The notes beneath the pieces are model-generated. The model saw nothing but the letters and a program-made list of their open reading frames with translations. It was not told the origin of the DNA and made no database searches. From NCBI RefSeq assembly GCF_009914755.1, contig NC_060938.1: a stretch of 64,000 bases of DNA, one strand, 5' to 3'. The translations under genes and the position numbers were made by a program. Shown here one piece after another: positions 12,679-28,540 of the stretch (position 1 is its first letter; the number at the start of each line of letters is the position of its first letter). The DNA comes from the human T2T-CHM13v2.0 reference genome, Homo sapiens.

Positions 12679-12867
12679 CGAGGTGAAGTCCAGGGTACCC
12701 TATGTTGGGCGCTATTCTAAGCACTTTTCAGGGGTTACTTGCTTCTCGTAACAACTCTGAAGGCAGGTGCTGTCCTCAGTTTGCCGATGAAGTGAAAGAA
12801 ACCCAAACTAGTCCAAGTCACGCGGCCAACAAAAAGCAGAGTCAGTGGTTTATGTGTTTTTAATTAA

Positions 12868-13505
<638 letters not shown>

Positions 13506-14993
13506 GAGCAAGACTTTTAATTCAGGTGGTCTGAATTGTGATTCCTATATTCCTTACTCATAACTATTAATAAGTGGGGTAGAAAAAGACAAACTAGAGA
13601 TGGGAACTTCTGTAGCAGATTCCAGCCTGTCACTGTCTGAGTGCCCATCTGAGAAACAGAGAATGCCCTGTCCACGGGAGCAGCAAACACCTATGTGGGC
13701 CGTGCTTCTTGGTAGGTTTCTAATACCAATTTGTTTGCAATCGGAAGTTTTTTTGGCCTCATCCAAATGATCGGGGCTATCTGCTTGCCATCTCTTCTCT
13801 TTGCTGGGCCATCTGCTACCCCCAACTTGTAGATTCTCCGCTCTTGATGCAGCGTGGCCTACCACAATCCAGAGAGCGCCCACTCGGCTTCCTCTTGAAC
13901 CCTGAGGAACGTTCCTTCCTGAGTTAAAAATGGAAATTATAAAGCATTGCCATTTGTTGCCTTGGGTGAAAGAGATCCAGCCGTTGGACGTAACAGAAAA
14001 GTTGAATACTTGAAAATGGATTTTTAAAATTTAACATTGTCCATTATTGAAGAGGCCTTTAGAACATGGCATTTTACTAAAAAGGAATAAAAATAAAAGT
14101 GCCGGAATAATTTACTGCTCCTTCTGAAAAAGCAGTGGATGTCCTCCTTGGGAAAGGAACAGAGGTCACTGTGTGGCTGAGAAACAAAAGCACTCCCTGC
14201 CCAGGGGTCTTCCGGTTGGAGGTGGGAACGCATGGCCGCCTGGTTTCTGGACCTACAGCTTCCTTTGCTAATTCAGCACAGTGTGTGGCTCCAGCCCTGA
14301 GTCTCCTAGTAATTGCGCAAGAAATTAAATTCAATGTATACTTCTTAAATGTCCACACACCCTGTACTGTACTAGGCTCTGAAGCTGGAAGGCACCCAGT
14401 CCCTGCTGTCAGTGAGCATGGGGAAGACAGGCCAGGGCTCAAAAACCAGACCAAGCCACCTGCCGCAAATACCACGGTGGGGGATCTTCCTAGGGAGGGT
14501 GCCACAGAGGAAAGAGTGTGGTGGTTCAGGGCAAGAGTGCCCTCCCTGGAGCAGACCACGTCTGAGCCTGGCCTCAAAGGGTAGGTGGAGGCTGTGGAAG
14601 GGCATTTACGCAGACAGCAGTGTGCACCTGAAACTGCCCCCTGAGAAATCGCAGCATCACCTCCCGTACCTGGAGGAACGCTTGCTAGCAACCACTGTGT
14701 CTTGCTCATTGGCTGTCCAAGGGGAAAGAGAAAATAAACACCTCCTAAGATTACCAGGTACAATAGTAAGTAATTAGGCTTTGGGGATTTATCTAGGAGC
14801 CAGTGCTCAACTAGGGCTAGGGCTGGATCAGATTACTTGGATTTTTTTTTTTAAAAACATGGGGAGGGGGTGGCAGTGATGCCTGGGAGATGCCAGCTAC
14901 CTGTGCTGGCCCAGGGGGAAGTTGGCAAACTGGTTCTCAGTAATCCACAGTTGGGGCGGTCTCCCCAATTAGCAGGCTGTGCTTGGCTCAGTA

Positions 14994-15300
14994 TTAGCTC
15001 ATGGCAGATTGCGATGATAAGAATGTAGGTATTTGCCATTCTTTCCCTTCTTGCCTTTGAGCTCCTTGAGGGCAGGGACTATGTCCTCTTTGTCCTTGGC
15101 TCTAGAGGTGAGACCAGAGTCAGGCATAGACTCAGCTTACAGCGAATGGTGACTGGATGGACAGAGTCCCTCATCGTACCCATTGAGAAGCTGTGCTTCC
15201 ACAAAAGTGACACCTCTCTCCCTGGCTGACCCCTCTAGCCTGTCGGTGCCTTGGGGAAGATCAGGACACCCAGAAGGAGTTAAGTGTTAGAGCTCAAAGA
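14994..15300 (+). repeat. Local direct duplication, copy 1
   Basis: Aligns nearly gap-free with 16545-16850 (ttagctcatggcagattgc ... taagtgttagagctcaaaga). Confidence 0.95.
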
Positions 15301-16544
15301 ACATGGATCCTGGAGCCAAACTATCTGGTTTCCAATCCTGCTCCTGCCCTTGCTGTATTTCTGTGGCCTTGAACTAGTGATCTTGCCTTTTAACCCAAGG
15401 AAAGGGGCAGGGTGTGTTTCATTCACTGATGTATCTGCCTGCCACTCAATAAGAGTGTGTGTGCATGGGAGTGCTTGTACACACATATGTGCTCCTGGAA
15501 GTCAGACAGCACCATTATCTCAGGGTTCTGAGCGCTGACTTGTGTTAATCTCCGTAAGGTGCTTACAGGAGTGCCTGGCATGAGAGTAAGCACTATACAA
15601 GTTTTTTTTTGCAGCTGCAATTACCTCTTAAAGAGAACTTAAACTGAAGTATAACTTCACAGTACAAATTTTCGGAGCTGCCCTCTGATAAAGGCTGGAG
15701 GCTGAATTTTATAAGTGCAGCACCTGCTTCATTTTGAGTTAAAGTTCAAAATGAATATCAGAGCTTCCATTTGCTTGTTATTAATTCTTTGAGGACAAGA
15801 ATCTGTTGACCCTTCACATGGCTGACACCAAGAGATGACCCAGATCACATGGGGCACAGAGGTACTCACTGTGATTGTTCCAGATAAAGTCCTTTCTGTT
15901 AGTGATGTGGGACCTGATGAATGAGAGCTGGAATTTGGAGAGCTTGCATTCTGGCCCTGACACAACCTGATTTTGTCCAAGTTATTCTGCCTATCTGAGC
16001 CTTAATTCCTGTCTGTGAAATGGGTGTAGTGATGATGTGGTTTGCCCTACAGGCTTTTAAGGATTAAGTGCAAAGTGCTGTGCAAATATGATTACTACTG
16101 TTTGCCTGACTGTAATAGATGCTTAACCCTTTGAAGACATCTCACCTTTGTGAAATAGAAGACATCAGTTATTTGGGGCTTTTCAGAATTGATCTATAAA
16201 ATCATGAACAGGATTTGGTGAAAGCATGGTGCTTGGCTAATGTGGTTGATGCAGTGCCTGCCTAGAATAGAAAGAGAAAGACCATTCACACCACCCCGCC
16301 AACATACCAACTTGTATGACCCCGCTGTTGGTTTATCTCATTTCACACTACAAATGTCTGACTTTGGATTCCATTGTACATGCCAAGTTCAGGGATGGCT
16401 GGGCAGATCGCACGGCAGCTTGTTCAGCTCTGTACCTAAGATATCTGTTTACTAAAATAAATGCATTTATGAAAAAAATCACCCTACTTAGGAGGCCTAT
16501 TGGGGGCAGTCTCCCTGACCTCAGGTGGAAAGCCATCCTTGGGT

Positions 16545-16850
16545 TTAGCTCATGGCAGATTGCAGTGGTAAGAATGCAGGTATTTGCCATTCTTTCCCTT
16601 CTTGCTTTTGAGCTCCTTGAGGGCAGGGACTATGTCCTCTTTGTCGTTGGCTTGGAAGTGAGACAGGAGTCGGACATAGACTCTGCTTATAGCGAATGAT
16701 GACTGGATGGACAGAGTCCCTCATTGCACCCCTCAGGGAGCTGTGCCCCCACAAAAGTGGCTACTCTCTCCCTGGCTGGCCCCTCTAGCCTGTCGGTGCC
16801 TTGGGGAAGATCAGGACACCCGGAAGGAGTTAAGTGTTAGAGCTCAAAGA
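16545..16850 (+). repeat. Local direct duplication, copy 2
   Basis: Aligns with 14994-15300. Confidence 0.95.
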
Positions 16851-17129
16851 TCGAGGTGCTGGATGCATGTTGATGGAGCAACCCTATCTGGTGGTCCCGT
16901 CCTAGATGCGGACCCGGCCTCCGGGGAGCTTCCATTTGAGTTGACAGGATAGGAATCCACAACACTAACCTGTAAGACGAGGGGGAGTACACAGGGCTGC
17001 GATCCTGGTGGTAAGTAGAGGAGGGTTGAGTTAAGTCCCCGATGTCAAAATCAAAGAGGGCGTCCCAGCAAAGATGGCATTGAAGATGGGAAAGTGTGGC
17101 TGCTGTAAGCTAACAATGGAGTAGACACT

Positions 17130-17332
17130 TGGGTAGCAGTGTCCTAAGTGCTTTGCACACATCACTTCCTTGATCTTTGTGACAGTCCTGAGGGTAGATG
17201 GTGGTGGTCTGTTATTATCATCCCCATTATACGAAAGATGTGAGTAAGGCACAGAGAGGTTCAATAACTTGCTCAAGGTCTCCCAGCTCGGAATTGGCAG
17301 TGTGGGGATCTGAACTTGGGCAGCCTGGCTCC
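17130..17332 (-). mobile_element. MIR SINE
   Basis: ttattatcatccccattatac...aaggcacagagaggttcaataacttgctcaaggtc. Confidence 0.7.
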
Positions 17333-20025
17333 GGAGGCTTTGCCGGGGTAGGCGGAGGGTCCCCCTGGCTGAGGGAACGGTGGGCGCGGGTGGGTATGGG
17401 TGGCGAGTCATCCTGTAATGTACGTTGGAACCAAACAGTCTTAAACACCCAAAGACCTTTGAGCTCTTTTGCAGGCTTTGGGAGCCAGGGACGGTTTCTG
17501 AGCAATTCTGGGTTTTAGGAGGTTAGATCTGCTGGCAACGTGGAGAGTAACTGAAATTGAAATAATATGTGAAAGTCCTTAGCATTATGCTTAATTAGCT
17601 TTTTAGGGCAAAAGAGAATGAAGATAGGGAGAATAATGAGAAGTTATTGCAAAGAGACTTAGGCAGAAGTGATTGTCTTACTTGGGGTGTCAAGGAATAG
17701 GTTGAGAGAGGCAGGATCTGTAGGTCTTAGCAGATGCTAGAGGTGCAAGATGGCAGGTGGGGGTCATCAACCCTGTTTGCAGATGCAGATAAATGGCATC
17801 CCCATTTTCCAAGATGGGAGCATGAAAAGCACTTTTCCTTCCTTTCATTTAGACCCCTCTACAGGATACTAGTTCAAGAAGAGCCATGTAGTGTAAATAC
17901 AGTGGCTGGCTTATATTGTATATTCTGTGTTCCAAAGTATGCACCCAGCAGGCACTTACTGGGTACCCGTGGGTGGGGTACTAATGAGGCTGGGACAAAG
18001 GAGAGAAATCCCAGTCCTCAGTGAGCCCACAGGTTAGAGAATGAGGTAAACTCGTAATCACTGCATGTGACCTGGGGTGACACACTCACATGCCCGGCAT
18101 GGCTGGAAGCCTTCACAGAGCATGCAGCATTTGAGCTGTGCTTTGACGCAAGAGGGTATTTGCTGGACAGATGGGGAGGGTGGGACGTTGCTGGCAGTGG
18201 ACTTGGTGATTGCAGTAATAGGGTGGTGAGAGAGAACTTGACCAAATCAGGGGCAAGGGAGATGTGTTCAGCTGGCCTTGCAGGGTTCAGGTCCTTGGGT
18301 GTGGTGGCTTCCGAGGCTGCATCATGCCAAACCCTGCAGGGGGCTGGGCTTTCCTGTGTCTCACGTGAGGATTTAAGAGTGGGAAAGATTCCTTTCCCCA
18401 CCCTAGGAACTGCTTACCTTTTCACCTCTGGGCATCTGGAGCCAAGGGATGGCAAGAGTGTGATATTCACCATCAGAAGCACAACCGAGAGGGGGCACGG
18501 ATCCCCCTAATTCTGCGCTCCCTCCACACATGGCCTCACATGTCAGGACACCCAGTTTATTACATTTTTTAGATCAGTAGGGCTTAATCCCAGCAGGATT
18601 TTACCGAGGCCCCAGAGCAGATGCATTTGTTCTAAGCAACATTGGAGGCATGTAAACAAAATAATAGGGGAGAGCTGATAAAATGTAGGGCACTGCATGT
18701 AACATGCAAAAGGGAAGAGTCGGGGCCTTTCTCAGGCGGACAACCAGTTCTTAGAGTCATCCTGGTTTCCTTTTCTGTCTCTCTGCGCCTCCTCAGATGA
18801 GTATGCAGGGAGGCCGGCTAGTGCTCATCCCGAAAGAGGATGCATCACACCACACAAGCAGCAGGCAAAGTGGCAGCGGCCCTGCCTTCTTTGGTGGCCT
18901 GGTGGCCTTTGTGTCTTGCTTCATGTGTAGATGAACACCTGGGAGGGAGGGGCCACTGGCGCCTTCTGTGAAATGCCCTCTGGTTGCTGAATAAGCTGTC
19001 CTCATGAAGGTTGCTGACCTTGCCTGACCCTGGGGACGTGAACAATACTCTGAGAGGATGCTCAGGGAAGGCAGGACATGCTTATTGGCCAGTGGTGATT
19101 GAGAACAGGACATGAGGGTCACTGCCCCGAAAGGCCTTCAGCCTGGAGAAGCCCGGTGCCCAGAAAGAGGTGGAAACTCCCCAGAGACCTGCAGGAGTGT
19201 CGATAAAGGCGATTAATGGAGTAGATAGAATGACTTATAAACAAAGATCGGAGCAGCTAAGTGGTTCTGGCTTATTAGCTAAGCATCGGCAAAGAGAGCT
19301 GTGTGAACAAGAGCACTTGAGATGGTGTTGCAGCGACTCACCTGGCTGCAGGGCCTCCACCTGGGGCATTGTCAGACCTGGGAGAAGAACCGTCGACGGG
19401 CAGCTTGCCTCCCCTAAAGTGCTTCTTAAAGGAAACCTTTGCCTCAAACAGTCTCCCCAGGAAAATGGGGGGAAATTCCATCCTCTGGGATGTTTCAGTT
19501 AGATGGGGCCACGTGCTGGAGGGTTTATTAGAGATGATTCCGTGCTGGCAGCAGAACAGAATAGCTGTGTGGTTGCATCTTTTCGTTCTCTAATTTCTGA
19601 GTGATTCTTCTCTGGGCCTCAGAGGTGGCAAGCCCTTGAAAGAATTGCTTTGAAATCCCTTTGATCATTTAAACCTTGCTTGTTTTTTCCTTAGCCAGCT
19701 AAGATTCCGATATAGCCGTGTGTGAAAAGTGACTCAGTGACTTGTGGGCTTTGGGTGACCCATATGTGTAGGAGGAAGAAAGGAAAGGTGGGGAAGTTGG
19801 TACCTAATTTGCAGACCACACACACTGGGAGGATGTTGCTGCCTCTTCCACAGTCCCCGAGCCCCAAGCTCATCACCAATACCGAGAATCACACAATGAA
19901 GTCAGAGGGGTCTCAGAAGGGATCCAAGAGATCACGGAGGAGATCCTGAAGGAAACCAGTGTGTATTGTAGCTCAGAGCCGTGCCTCCCCATCTTTTATG
20001 TGCACATGGTCACCTGGGGACCTAG

Positions 20026-20439
<414 letters not shown>

Positions 20440-21199
20440 GAGGTAATGATTAAACAACAGCAAGGATAACAATTTTGATTCTTGATCACATCCCCCATTT
20501 GAAGAATTTCCATGGCTTTTTAGTGCCCTTGGACTCCACCTGCTATGCAGGCAGAGGATAAAGGCTGCTCCTCCCACTTTTTGGATCTGGCTCCTCTGTG
20601 CCCATCTTCTTGGAAGCATTCCCTTGAACTGGGTGTAAAAATCTGTCATAAAGAGTGGGCCATGAACAAGGGTGTTTTCCAGTCTGGATCTGGGTGAGTC
20701 AGTTCAGGGTCCCACAAGGGCGAATGGGCCTCTGGCCTGTGTAGAGCTGTAGGCATTGGAGATGGATCTCTGCAAGCTGTTGCCCCATCACACACATCCC
20801 TGCGCAGCTTGCACCTTTGGCTGTGCAGCCGCCTGTCCGAGACAGCTGCCTGGGAACTCTGCAGCTGCCCCTTCCACTTCTTCCCTGTTTTTATATATGA
20901 CAATGTCAATATTAGCAACAAGTGACAGATGCAACCCTGAAATGACATAGCAGACCCAATTCCCCATTGTTTGCTTGATAGGGTTTTGCTGCAGATCCTC
21001 TGTTCATTCGCCTCCTTTTCCTCTTCTGTAATCATATCCTAAGAGTTGCCTTTTGGATGTAACCTGTGTTGTAAAATTATAGTACCCCGATGTCCCTTTC
21101 AGGAGTAGCTGGCAGACAAAGGAAGAAGCAGTTTGCAGACGTACCAGAGATTCCCCATCACCCTCCACATGACTCAGTCATGGTTACTTTTGAGTTTAG

Positions 21200-21827
<628 letters not shown>

Positions 21828-21834
21828 TAGATGG

Positions 21835-22178
21835 GGATGTGACTTGCATTATAGGATATTCAATCCATTGACTTCAGACATGGACATGTGACTTGCTTTG
21901 GCCAATGGATGTGAGCAGACACCACTTACGTGATGTCTGAGCAGAAGCTTTAAAAGCTGTGTGTTTCTGCCAGCTCTTGCCGTTTTCCTTTTCCCATGAG
22001 GATGGTGTGTTCTAGACGGCACTTCTCCTTCTGCCTGGATTCTAGAATGGAAGACAAGAGAAGCCGTCCCTTCATTGCCAACTAGTGATGCAAATGAGAA
22101 ACAATGTGTGTTATACGCCACTGATATTTGGGGGATTGTTTGTTATGCAACATAACCTAGTGAAAGCTGACTGATACA
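21835..22178 (+). mobile_element. MLT1 (H/I-like) MaLR LTR fragment
   Basis: catgtgacttgctttggccaatgga...gccactgatatttggggg...aagctgactgataca 3' end. Confidence 0.65.
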
Positions 22179-23097
22179 GTTTCTCAGTAGTGGATTAATG
22201 TGTAGTGTTAAGTGAGGGGGACATTTAAAAGGGAGTTCATCTTGAATCAGATGATAGCTAGGGAGTTTGCATTTTTTATCGAGGCAGTTGGAGTTGGGGA
22301 GAGTTTCTGAGCCAAGGATCGATATGCTGAGGAGTGTGCTTTGGGAATATGACTCCAATCTTAGGACCGAGAATGGAACTAGTCCTGGGGAGGTGTTTGA
22401 GGCTGTTTAGGATGTCCAGGGATGAGGGAGGAGGGCTGAGACAGTGAAAGTGGAGAGAGGATTTGATTTCAGAGACTGGGTTTTGATCAGATTTGTGAAG
22501 ACATGACAACTGCCTGAAGATGAGTGAGGGAGAGGGGCCACTTTCTTTCCAGGGAGGGAGCTTTGTTCTGTTGGGCCCTCCACAAACAGGGAGGGCGGGA
22601 TGGAGCCAGTGTGCTCCATCTAGCCAGCTTGCCAAGTGTCTAAGCACTACCTGTTTCCAAAATGCTGCATTTTACTGTGTAAATGTAAGATGTCTGGAGA
22701 GACACGCCAGGTTTGGGTAGACTTCAGATTCTCTCTCTGCTTTGAAGCCTCCTGAAATTCTGCCACTGTACAAATTGTTGAAGTGTGAAGGTATCAGGGG
22801 CCTGGCTGAGGGGCAGATAGAGTGCAGGGTGGGCCCAATTAGGGTGCTTTGTGCCCTAATGCAAAATTCAGGACAACCCCCGAGTTGCAGGATCTTTAGT
22901 TGGGTGAGGGCTACATTTGGCCTGCCTTGCACATCAACCAGTGGAGTGGCATCCACCATTCATTCATCATTCATTCAACAAAGTGGTTAAGAGTGTAAGC
23001 TCTGAAGTTGGACTGTGGAGCCTGAATCCTGGCTTTGCTGCTTACTGGCAGCAACCTGGAGCAAGTTACTTATGAACCCTTCTGCGCCTCTGTTTCA

Positions 23098-23472
<375 letters not shown>

Positions 23473-23554
23473 GTTGCATAGCATTTACAGCAGGATTTGC
23501 TGAGAATGAGGGCTGGTGTTCTGAGAGGGTGAAAGGGGGATGTTCATAGGGCAC

Positions 23555-23905
23555 CCACCCCCTGTATGCCAGGCACTGGGAGACAGCAGTGAACAGAAGG
23601 GCCCTGCCCTGGTGGAGCTTACGGTTTAGTGGAGCAGACAGAAAGTAAATTTGTAAATGAGCACATGTATAATGTCAGGTGATAAGTATTGTGAGGAAAA
23701 TAAATAGTGATCAGGAGATAGTGACTGGGATGGGCTTGGGGACCTAAAATCAGGTGTTTGGGGAGGTCTCTGAGTGGACAGGACCACTCAGGGGAAAGGT
23801 AAGGGAAAGCGGATGTGGAAGGAGCATTTCCAGCTAAGGGGGCAGGAAGCGCCGGGGCCCTGAGGAGGGCACGTGTTTGTCTGTCCTGTGAACAGCAAGG
23901 AGGCT
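23555..23905 (-). mobile_element. L2 LINE fragment
   Basis: tatgccaggcactgggagacagcagtgaacag...ccctgccctggtggagcttacggtttagtgg. Confidence 0.6.
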
Positions 23906-24444
23906 GGTGTGACTGATACAGACTGAACTCATTGAAACATTTCCTTTTCTTTTTAAGGAAATTGACCCACTCTGCTTTCATGACAAGTTCAGATTTGATA
24001 GCAGATGCAGTGCTATAGGAAGCAGTGCAGGAATATGAAAGCCTGTCACTCTCAGACTCTGCATTGTTTTGGAGCCTCAGTTTTTCCGTCTGTAAACTGG
24101 AAGTGCTCTTCCCTACCTCTCAGGATGGCCATGGAGAAGGCATGAGGTCACCTGTCCTCAGTCTCTTACGCAGGAGGCATTCAGTAACCACTAATTACCA
24201 TAAGTCTTGGGAGAGAGTGACCTGAGGTCAAGGATGGAAGCATCTCTCCAATATAACACGTTGGGATGAGATCTGAGGTCATAAGCGAGGGATAGATCAT
24301 TGTTGTAACCATCTACTTAAACAAATTAAAAAGGCCTTATGTTCAAGCTGTTATTTATATTGCAGTAATAGCTGCTTGCAGTGGTAGTTGTACTTGTGAA
24401 AAGGGAAAATGATGATGATGTCTGCAAATCAGTGTTTTGAACTA

Positions 24445-24622
24445 GGGCTGCGGTTCTCAACTTTGGCTGCTCATTAGGGTGACCTGGGCAACTTTTAAAA
24501 ATGCTGATACTGAGGCTGTGACCCAGACAGATTAAATTGTAATCTGTGGGTGGACCTGGTCTGCAGTGGTTTTTACATTTCCCCCGGTGATCAAATGTGT
24601 GGCCATGCTTAAAAAGCACTGA
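24445..24622. mobile_element. MER5-family DNA transposon
   Basis: gcggttctcaactttggctgctcattagggtgacctggg...aaaagcactg. Confidence 0.7.
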
Positions 24623-25404
24623 GCTGGGTTGGGTGGGGATGTGGCCTCTCTTGCTCTCAAAGATTCTGTGTATGCCAGGGTCCATGATCACTACCCCTGT
24701 GCTATGGGGCTGGGGTAAGAATGACCCCAAGAGTCAGGGTTCGGCTGAGCTACCTCCTTTATAGCCCCCACTTCTAGTATGGCTCATTTATGCCACCAAA
24801 CATAACTTTATCTTTAACCTTCTAAAAAAGTGTCATAAAACATAGGAATGCTTTACAATCGACTCTATATTCTTATTTTAAAAGTAGAGGCCCTTCAGCG
24901 GGTTCTGATGTCAATCTCCTATTTCTTCCTCCTGGGGAGTTAGTGATACGCCTTAGCCAGTGTGGTCAAAGGAATTGGTGTAATACAATCTTGATCCCAT
25001 TCAGTGTCCCACATTGGCTTATTTCACTTTGTACTAGGATGTGCTGAACTTTTCAAGGAGCCAAAGGCATTAGGAGACTGGTGTGTCCATTCGTGATATA
25101 AGACCTTACTAATGACCAAGGGCAGAGTCGAAGACACTGAAGATTCAAGGCAAAATAACAGTGAGGAAGGGATGATGCATTTTATTAGGTAGTGAGATTC
25201 TCATTTTCACATTGTTTCTCTTATTGCTTTGGCTGCCAGGAAGCTTAAACGTGTTTTATGCTCAATTGCTTTAGATTCCCTTAAAATGTTTGCAAAATCC
25301 ATTCCCATCTTACTGTTACTTCCTAACATTGTTACTTGGCTTTCAACCTTTTACTCTGATCTCAAGGCTTTTTGGAAGTATTTGGGTTATAAAAATACTT
25401 TCAA

Positions 25405-25717
25405 GGCCGGGTGAGGTGGCTCACGCCTGTAATCCCAGCACTTTGGGAGGGCGAGGTGGGTGAATCACGAGGTCAGGAGTTCAAGCCCAGCCTGGCCAAG
25501 ATGGTGAAACTCCGTCTCTCCTAAAAATACAAAAATTAGCCAGGCTTGGTGGTGGGCATCTGTAATCCCAGCTACTCAGGAGGCTGAGGCAGAGAATTGC
25601 TTGAACCCTGGAAGGAGAGGTTGCAGTGAGCCAAGATCATGCCACTGCACTCCAGCCTGGGTGACAGAGCGAGACTCCATCTAAAAAAACAAAAAACAAA
25701 AACAAACAAACAAAAAA
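25405..25717 (+). mobile_element. Alu (AluSg-like)
   Basis: gaatcacgaggtcaggagttc; A-rich tail. Confidence 0.95.
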
Positions 25718-26100
25718 CTTTTAAAGAAAATACTTGTGCCTTGTGCCTAGATATTTGATTGGAAAAAGGTTGTTCTCATCATATTCAAAAGAACAGTTGA
25801 GATGTTAGAGCTTCTTTGGCAACCCTGACATCCCCACAGATGATGACCCAGGCCCAGGGAGAAGAAGGACGTTCTCAGGAGGTGAGAGAGTTACTAAGGT
25901 GCTCCATTTACTGAGTGTGTGAACTCAGCAGGTTTTAACTTCCTTAAATCTCATTTCCCTGTTTATGAGATGGTGATGATCTGAGCTTTGCAGGTTCATT
26001 GTGTGGATTGGATGAGCGAAGGCATCTAAAGCACTTGGCATGGTGCCTGGGACTTAAACATTGACACAGTAGTATTTTTATCATGACAGTTGTTCTAAGT

Positions 26101-26270
26101 CAGAGGTCAACAAACTCTTTGTGTAAAGAGCCAGATAGTAAACATTTTAGGCTTTGCGGATCATACAGTTTCTATAGCAACTGCTCCACTCTGCCGATGC
26201 AGGGTGACTCCGACAATGAATGTGTTGCGATAAAACTTTGTCAACCCTGGGCCATAGTCTGCTGATCCTG
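26101..26270. mobile_element. MER58A-like hAT element
   Basis: cagaggtcaacaaact...aagagccagatagtaaacattttaggctttgc...atagtctgctgatcctg (terminal inverted repeats). Confidence 0.75.
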
Positions 26271-26914
26271 TTCTAGGTCACAAAGTTGGTTGGTGGTTTC
26301 CTGATTCCCAGTCCCTGGGGCCCCTTCCACTGAATCCACACTGCCCACCATCAGAAATGGGGACACACAGTAATTACTCTTACTCTGTCCATTGATTCAT
26401 TTTCTGGGATAATTTTTTTTTTCTAAGATTCATACTAAGACAAGATTGCCACTTGAGAAATCTGAAACAGAATCAGTATGCTCATGGTTTTTCTCTGTGC
26501 CTAATCTTCTGATGTGCATGGGGAAAATCCCTTTGAAGCAAAGCGTTCTAAGGAGTCCCCTTCGGTGAAGGTTTTTTGGAGCCTATGGCCACCAAGGGGT
26601 AGAGCCAGGCTCTCATACATGTTGGAGCATTGATTACTCAGAATGTTAACAGGAGAGAAAGCCTAAACTCAGGAGGGAAACTCCAATTTGCCTAAGGTTT
26701 AACCACTGACCATGGCTTGTAATCTGGAGTTACCAGCTCGCAGGGAGGCACCAAGTCACGCTGCAGGCTCTGGGAATCTCATAAGATAAACCTTCACAAA
26801 CAAAAAGGGGAAAATGGGATAACCCCCCTCTTCCAGGTAAAAAAAAAAAGGCCTGTGTAAGGATTGCTGTTGAATTTCTCCCCAGATTTCCAATGTCTTC
26901 AATAATAAAAGTGA

Positions 26915-27460
<546 letters not shown>

Positions 27461-28540
27461 TAGGCATTTTAAAATATAAGCTCTTTATAATATAAGCTCT
27501 GAATTTTAGGGGATTCCAATAGGAGGGCATGCCAGCAGTGTGGTTCAGTTGTTTTAATGACTTGCTTTTTCAAATCCTGTCTGTGGCTGAGAGTGTTGTT
27601 TCCAATAGCAGATGTCTCCTTTTTGAAGTATGGATAAAGGAGCTTTGTGGTTGTTTGTTTTCCTAAGAGGCCATTCCTATGGGTTTGGGGATGTGCCGCC
27701 TCACTGGCATTGTGGGGCAGACACTCACCGCCTACCTGGCAGGTATTTCACCAGAAGGAATCATTTGGGGCTGACCATGGAAGTCTTGTTACTTTGGGCA
27801 AACTTGCCAGAGCCCAGAAGAAGGCACTTGTGCTCAATAACTACAGGGTTATGAATGTGTTGAGCCCTGTTGAAGTCTCTCTGTCTAGAAAGACAATGCA
27901 GAGTACTTCTTGTTGCAAACTGACCTATGCCAATTGGGTCATGTGCGGTTAAGTTCTTTTTTTGGGAGCTGCTAAGCACGGTGGGTTAGAGCCAGCTGCC
28001 CCTCAGCAACCTTGCCACCAGGTTATAAAGAAAGTAAGTAGCCAGTCAAATCCTATACAGATGTACAACCCTCAGTAAGATAGATGATAACCTAACACTC
28101 TGTCCTTTCAGGTATTTCTGACTACATTTGCAGGAAAGAGTGACTCCAGGTAGAAGCAATAATATTCAAGTGTCAGGATTCAGTTAAACTTATAGTCAAG
28201 ATCAAGCAAACAGGACCCTCCCAAATTGTTGGCCGGACTGAGGACCATTTGGGATCAGGCCTTGGGTACCATCCCTAAGGACCCCAGGATACAGGATCCC
28301 CTCCCTAATCATCTGAGGGTGGGGATGATCTCCAAACTCTCTCAGTCTATCCACACATCTCAAACGCCATTGATTTAATCCATGAGAGTCCATTTCTAAC
28401 ATCCAGCATGTTAATGACCAAGTCACTAAGTTACCAGTAAACTCAATTCATTATGGAGATTAGCAGAGTACCTGATGTTAATGGGAAATAGATATAGCTG
28501 CAGGACTTTGGAGCTTGGCCAGATATGCTCACTTGCCACC

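Noticed and set aside
12496-12751. Poly-His / poly-Met / poly-Ile ORFs
   Set aside because: Translations of the (CAT)n microsatellite.
14077-14777. 228-aa minus-strand ORF and overlapping ORFs
   Set aside because: No domain similarity or splice context; consistent with chance in moderately GC-rich intron.
27473-27500. 12-bp direct repeat aatataagctct
   Set aside because: Trivial slippage duplication at an L1 edge; only two copies, not an array.
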